Positions 57,205 through 64,000 of a stretch of 64,000 nt of DNA are shown piece by piece; the stretch's first letter is position 1, and every line of letters starts with the position of its first letter. The notes under the pieces were generated by a model. It was not told where the DNA came from. It did not search any database and worked only from the letters and a program-made list of their open reading frames with translations. Both the position numbers and the translations under genes were made by a program. The DNA comes from Octopus vulgaris (taxonomy: Eukaryota): positions 95,542,001 to 95,606,000 of the forward strand of contig OX597823.1 in NCBI GenBank assembly GCA_951406725.2, given 5' to 3'.

Positions 57205-58024
57205 CACACACACCATCATCATCATCATTGTTTAATGTCCACCTTCCATGCTAGCATGGGTGGGATGGTTTCATAAGAGCCAGCCAAGCAGAAGCCTGCA
57301 CCAGGTTTCTGTAACTGTTTTGGCAGGATTTTTACAGCTGGATGCCCTTCCTAACACCAACCACTCAGAAGAGTGGACTTAGTGGTTTTTACATGGCACA
57401 AGAACAGGCGAGGTCAGTTTTGGCAAGGTTTTTACAGCTGGATGCCTTTCCAAATGCCAACCACTTTATAGTGTGGACTGGGTACTTTTAAGTGGCACCA
57501 ACACTGACAGGGTTACCAAGTACTTGCAAGACAAAAAAAAAACTTTCAAAAGGGGAAGGAGCATTGGAGGAAGTGATCTTGTGTCAGATGATGAAAGGTT
57601 ATAGTGAGAGAGACAGAGAGACAGAGAAATAGGTGTCTTGCTGTAGAAGAGGTACGAGGTTACCTGGCTGGAGGGAGAGAGATCAGAAATGAAGACAAAA
57701 ACAGGTGCATTGCTGCAAAGGAAATACATGGATACCCAACCGGAGGGAAGCACAAGAGAAGGAGAGAGAAAGAGAGTGGGAGACAACAGGGTAGTGTTGT
57801 TGGTAAAGTGCTGGGCACACTCACAAGGGACAGGGATCAGAATATAAATGGGATGGTTGAGTAAAGGAAGAGAGAGATATAGATGGTGGCAAGTGCCAGG
57901 GCATAACCTTGCAGTTCGAATGCCATAATATAAGTGGCAGGATATTGCGAAGGAAGTGTGATTAAAGAGTGCGAGTAAGTGGCGGAAAACCTGGGTATGT
58001 ATGGAGTCAGGGGGTGGGCTACTG

Positions 58025-58402
58025 GATATAGCAATGATACAGAGGAACAAGGTCGTGAGGATAAGATTGGGGAGTGAGAGCTAGGCATAGTGTAGGAAGG
58101 AGGAAATGTGAGGAAGAGAAGAGATGTAGATTGGTTTGTTGAGGTAGGGTGAGGGAAAAGTTTTCTTGTTACATGTGGGTAGAACACACAGGTCAAGGGC
58201 TAGCAGAGAGCAATGATACAATGGCACACCACCAAGAGGACAGGATTGGGGAGTGGAAGGTAAGCATAGTGCATGAAATGGAAATGTGAGGAAGAGATGT
58301 AGAGATGTAGCTTGGTTTGTTGTGGTAGAGTGTGTGAAGAGTTTTTTTGTTACGCATGTGAGACACACAGGTTAGGGGTTCCACAGGATAGCAATGATAC
58401 AG
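58025..58402. repeat. Degenerate ~180-bp tandem repeat, about 2.1 units
   Basis: AGCAATGATACA recurs at ~58030, ~58209 and ~58390, with colinear GATTGGGGAGTG, GGAAATGTGAGGAAGAGA and ACACACAGGT blocks. Confidence 0.8.
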
Positions 58403-59075
58403 TGATGTATATGTGTTTGTCTGTGTGTGTGATTGTGTATGCATGGATGTATGTGTGAATGTCTATGTCTCCTTGACTTGGCATCAATTTGTACAAGTTG
58501 TATCCCTTGTTTCTGTGCAAGCATGTCTGGCCATGGGGGAAATATTACCTTGCTTGGAAAGAGGTGAGAGTTAATGGCAAGAAAGGCAACCATCGGAAGG
58601 AAATCTGCCTCAACAAATTCCGTCTGACCCATACAAGCATGGAAAAGTGGATGTTGAAACAATGATGATGATGGTGGTGGGGTGCAGTGAAAGGAACGGT
58701 AGAAGGATGAGACGGAATCAATATACTCTTGCTAATTTGCTAATTCCCCTGCTGTCACAACAGACACACCTGGTGCTAATATAATACAAACGTCATTGTA
58801 ATATGATACAGTATGTTGATTATTATTAACTATGAATTCTAAATTATTATTCATCTCTTTGTGTGTGTTTGGTGGGTGCTATTTTGGTGTCGCACACATA
58901 TATAACCACATATATTAAAATAATTATCATTTCTATTCGTTTCAGACCTCCTCTGCTCTCATAGTTTTTTTTACTTGGCTGCCATGTTGATTAGTACGAC
59001 TTAGCTCTCGCATTAAACCGAATAAACAACCAGACACACACCATTACAAGAAGAGTTCTACCAAAATCTGTCCCA

Positions 59076-59100
59076 ATGGCTGAAAGTGAAGAACTTGAAG
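59076..59100 (+). CDS. Candidate first coding segment (MAESEELE, phase-1 donor) within exon 58946-59100 of an unidentified host gene
   Basis: Acceptor TTTCTATTCGTTTCAG|A at 58945/58946, non-repetitive UTR-like text, CCAATGG start, donor AAG|GTAAAA at 59100/59101. Confidence 0.45.
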
Positions 59101-59320
59101 GTAAAATAAGGTTTTTCTTCTTTTATCATTTTGCTAAAGGTAAAAAAGTCCCTTTAAGAAATAACAAAAAGCAGAAACAAAATTAAATAGTAGTAATGAG
59201 TGTTCTTTAATTAATAATAACCATCTCTTTATTAAATATATTAATGATTTGGCAAACGAGGCTGATAAAATAAGTACCAGGTTTTAAAAATTGGGGTGGG
59301 GGGCATCTGTTTGACTAAAT

Positions 59321-59796
59321 CAGTGGCACTCAACCCTTTTTTTGCCTATGGACCCCTTTGAACCCTACTTTACTCTACTGGACCCTCATCGCTGCTTGAT
59401 GTTTAAAATATCCCATTATATTTTTAGAATTGAATATTATTAGGAATTACAGAGATGTACTTGCATAGCAAGTGACCTGATCTGAGATCGTATGCTGGAA
59501 TGAAAGCAATTGCAGTGTGTGAGGTGTTTATAAGCCATTTAAAAACACACAAAAACCGTTAGATTCACTTCAACATTTAAATTTAATTTGATCAGGTTAC
59601 GGTCTCAAAGTGACGAAAATATTTTGGCAAATTAAAAGTAAATGTTGAAGTGAATCTAACGGTTTTTAATATTATTAGGAATTATATTAAAAAAATTCTT
59701 TAAATATTTTGTGTATTATAGAAGTATAAAAAAAAACAATTTTACACATAAACTTTAACTGCAAAATCTGATATGGACTCCTGTTGAGGACAACTG
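59321..59796. mobile_element. hAT-type MITE with 8-bp TSD, inserted in a SINE and hosting a further insertion
   Basis: CAGTGGCACTCAAC...GTTGAGGACAACTG; TSD GACTAAAT (59313-59320) / GACGAAAT (59797-59804). Confidence 0.75.
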
Positions 59797-60121
59797 GACG
59801 AAATCCTTCAAGGTGGTGCTCCAGTGTGGGCTGCACTCCAATGATTGAAACAAGTAAAAGAAAATAATAATATTTTTTTCTAATTTAGGGGCAATTTAAA
59901 GACGATGCCAATAGTTTTGATAGGGGTGGGGATAATAGTTGATTGCATGCCCCCACCCACCGTACTTGACTCGAGAAGGATGAAAGCAAAGTCAAACCTC
60001 AATAGGATTTGAACTCTAAGTGTAAAGAGCTGGAAGAAATTCAATTAAGCATTTTGTCTGGCATGGTAACAATTCTGCCAGCAATTCTGTCTTTAATAAT
60101 AATAATAATAATAATAATAAC

Positions 60122-60168
<47 letters not shown>

Positions 60169-63100
60169 TTTCAAATTTTGGCACATGGCCAACAGTTATG
60201 GGGAAGAGGGTAAGTCAATTTCATCAACCCCATTGCTTGCACAACTGTTAATTGACCCCTGAAGGGATGAAAGGCAAAGTCAACCCCAGCAGTATTTGAT
60301 CTGTGAATGTAAAGCCAGAAGAAAAGCTGCTAAGCAATTTTCCCAGCATGGTAACGATTCTGCCTGTTCACCACCTTCCTTAATAATAGTGCTGTTCATC
60401 TTGATATGTGAAGGTGCATGGCTCAGTGGTTAGAGCATTGGGCTCACAATCACGAGGTAGTGAGTTCAATTCCTGGACCGGACTGCATGTTGTGTTCTTC
60501 GGCAAGACACTTTGTTTCATGTTGCTCCAGTTCACTCAGCTGTAGAAATGAGTTGTGACATCACTGGTGCCAAACTGTAACAGCCTTTACCTCTTCCTTC
60601 GGATAAGGGGAGGCTGGTATGCATGGGCGACCACTGGATTTCCATAAAAGCAGTCTTGCTTGGACTTGTGCCTTAGAGGGGAACTTATTAGATGCAATAC
60701 CATGGTCATTCATGACCAAAGCGGGGTCTTTACCCTTCTTACCCTTTATTTTGATATTTGATCACCATGTCGCATGCATATGGTATGATGCATGTGCCTG
60801 GTGTATCCTTATCAGAAGGATAGTCATGATGGGTATACTGGGCTTTGTATATTTTATCTCAGTGTCACTTTGATGGCATAAGCTGCTCTTTCACTCAATA
60901 ATTATAATAACAATCATAATGTTAATAATAATTAGTAGAGTCTGGGACATTCCATACTTTATAAATGGTCTTTTTTCTATTTTGATGCATAGATTTTTAA
61001 AAATCTTCATTATGTCATTTCATTGTGTTAAAGATTGCAATTATCTCTCTGATTTCCTTCCATCGTTGTGGCTGTTTAAAGTTTAAAACACTCCACCGTG
61101 TTTCAATTATATCTTTGATGTCCTTTCATAGTTATTGTTGTTGAAATCTTATCATTTGAACTTGTTTCTTGAGCACTGGTCATAAATTGGTAGACATTGA
61201 TTTTTTTTTTTATTTCATTTTATTTTAAATTCCAAGTGACTCCCCACATATTAATTAGTAATCAATGGTAAAACTGAACTCAAACAAACAATTAGTTTGT
61301 TGAGAATTAGGGAAGAGGAGGGAAAAAATAGTGAGAAATTGCCCAAAAGATCATAATGAAATTCACACAAGATTTGACAAAATCGAGATCCCCCCTCCCT
61401 TCCCCCTCCTCCTTCCCTCCTTCCTTCCTTGTCATCATCATCATCATCATCTTCTTCATAACTTTACTTCTACATTCCATTCCGGCATGGGTTAGATGGT
61501 CCAACAAGTCAGAGACTGTCTTGCTTCAATGCCTCAGTTTTGGTATGGTTTCTTCTGGAAAGGTCATGTTTGGATGACCTTCCTAACAACCAACGATTTT
61601 ACAAAATGTGCCGAGTGCTTTTTCCATGTGAGGTCACTGTTCAACTCACAAGACTGAAGAACCTCCACAATCGAGGGGGATGTGTCTGTCTGTTTGTCCC
61701 CCCCCCCACCACCACTGCTTGACAACTGATGTTGATGTGTTTGCATCCCTGTAACTTAATGGTTCAGCAAAAGAGACCAATAGAGTAAGTACCAGGCTTA
61801 AAAAATGATAAATACTGGGGTTGATTCATTCTAAAAATTCTTCGAGGTGGTACCCCAGCATAGCCACATTCCAATGCCTAAAACAAGTAAAAGATAAAAA
61901 TATATGTACATACATAATGTGTGTGTGTGTGTTAGTATATGAAAGAGAGAAAGCGGTAGGGAGGGAGGGAGAGAGTGAGTAGTATGTAATGCATGGTTTG
62001 TGTGTTCAGGAAGAGATATTTACACAGGTATGTGTACTTGAAGGTTACCTCTGACAGAAAAAGACCCACCTGTATGCAGGTAGAAATGGGTGGGTACGCG
62101 TATGAGTATGTCCTTGTAATGAAGAGACAGAAACATCAAGAGACAAGAACCTGCTGTCAGGAAAACAACTGGTAGTGAGGTGGACAGAATCTCTTGAAGT
62201 ATTGCCTTAATCCCCTTTAGGTTGTGAGTTCAAACACTGCCAAAGTCAACATTAACAGGTGATCATATTTTCTCCTCGTGTCTATGTTTGAAATCAAGTT
62301 CACAATTTCAGTTACTGTATTCCTGTGCCAGTGGTACGTAAAGAGCACCCACTACAGTCTCAGAGTGGTTGGCATTAGGAAGTGCATCCAGCTGTAAAAA
62401 CCTTGCCAGATCTGATTGGAGCCTGGTGTGGCCTCCTGGTTTGCCAGTCCTCAATCAAAACTGTCCAACCCATGCCAGCATGGAAAGTGGACGTTAAACA
62501 ATGATGATGATGATGTATTTGATGGTATAAAAGACACACAGGCATATTAAATGCACTCATCATCATTTAATATCCCTTTTCCATGCTAGTATGAGTTGGA
62601 TGGTTTGACAGGAGCTGGCAAGGCTGGAGAGCTGCACCAGGCTCCAATTGTCTGTTTTGATATGATTTCTACAGCTGGATGTTCTTCCTCATGCCAACCA
62701 CTTTACAGAGTGTACTGGGTGTCTTTTATGCGGCACCAGCATAGGAGCTTTTTATATGACACCAACACCAACAGGATCATTCAGGAACAAAATTTTAGTG
62801 CATTAAAGCAGGTAATATTTAAAGTGTATATCGGACTCAGGGTGAATTTTTTGAGACATTTTTTTGGATAAAAAATGTGTATCTTATATGCCATTAAATA
62901 CAGTATATCTTCAATTTTGTTCCATAGTTAAGATTGCTAAAAGCTCGTTAAAAGCCATAACACTTGAGAACACATATCCTGCTAAAAATGACAATCAGAA
63001 TAATATTTTAGCTAAAACAAAAAAAAAACAAGGAAACACCCATAATTGGTCTAAACCGACACAACTTCTTAACATCTTCTTCAAGTCACATCCTGTTGTC

Positions 63101-63311
63101 TTAGAACAACAACAACAACACACTAGACTGATCTGAAGTTAAATAACAACAATGACCCCTCTTCCCACCCTTCCCACATACCATTGCTGGACATTGGTTG
63201 TGACCTTGATATCTCAGCGTAGTGTTTGTGTTGGAATTTGTGGTAGTGGTAGTAGCAGTGGTTGTGTCATGGTTGTTGCTTAGCTGTAAAGTTATCCAAC
63301 ACCATAAAAAT

Positions 63312-63348
<37 letters not shown>

Positions 63349-63433
63349 GTATGTATATATTCTTAAACAAGAACATTATTGACAGTGACTTCAAAGTTAC
63401 TGTATTCTTGTTTAAGAATAATAAATTTGTACT

Positions 63434-63688
63434 TTATTTACATTATTTACATTTGTCGGATATTTTTCCTCATCTTGTTTGTTGTTAACACAACATTTTG
63501 GCTGATATACCTTCCAGCCTTCATCAGGTGTCTTGGGGGAAATTTTGAACCTGGGTACTCATTCCTAAGGTATTTTTCAATGTTATTATTATTATTCAGG
63601 TCATTGCCTGGAATCAAACTCAGAATCTTGGGGTTAAGAGCACAGGCTACTAACCCCAAGATTCCGAGTTCGATTCCAAGCAGTGACT

Positions 63689-63731
<43 letters not shown>

Positions 63732-63883
63732 CAACAACAACAATATCGAAAAATACCTCAGGAATGAGAATCCAGGTTCGAAATTTCCCCAAGACACCTG
63801 ATGAAGGCTGGAGAGTATATCAGCCAAAACGTTGTGTTAACAAGATGAGGACAAATATCTGTCAATTGTAATTAATGTAAATA
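63434..63883. mobile_element. Head-to-head inverted pair of a tRNA-head SINE with a hammerhead-like 3' module
   Basis: Arms are reverse complements around ~63643. GGTTAAGAGC...GAGTTCGATTCC head, (AAT)n, then GACAC CTGATGA A GGCTG-loop-CAGCC AAAA CGTT GTGTT at 63793-63838, mirrored at 63487-63532. Confidence 0.8.
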
Positions 63884-64000
63884 AAGCCATGCAAAGTATT
63901 AACAACGTACTGTAACTTCTTGAAATGAACATTATGTAATAAATTTCCATTACAGACATTTTTCTGTTTGAAAACACTGTAACTTGATTGGTTTATGTGA

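Overview
AT-rich, repeat-saturated eukaryotic DNA. The SINE/LINE repertoire and microsatellite load look like an octopod cephalopod (inference from recalled repeat motifs). There is no intact long host ORF, and almost all entries in the ORF track are microsatellite artefacts. Identifiable content: decayed LINEs (RTE/RTEX-like, a young Dong/R4 element in a TAA array, CR1-group, CRE-like), mariner remnants, non-autonomous Helitrons, MITEs, a solo LTR, many tRNA-derived SINEs, one assembly gap, and the probable 5' end of a + strand host gene (CpG-rich first exon ending 36721; exon 58946-59100 starting MAESEELE). The most striking signal is about 10 short non-coding insertions, mostly inside (TA)n tracts, that carry minimal type I hammerhead ribozyme motifs with palindromic stem III. 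They occur as partial-tandem (circularly permuted, ~430-480 bp) units, as fold-back palindromes, and once as a tRNA-head SINE with a hammerhead tail. Together they suggest a diverse Penelope-dependent, retrozyme-like RNA element system. All folds were derived by eye and none was computed.
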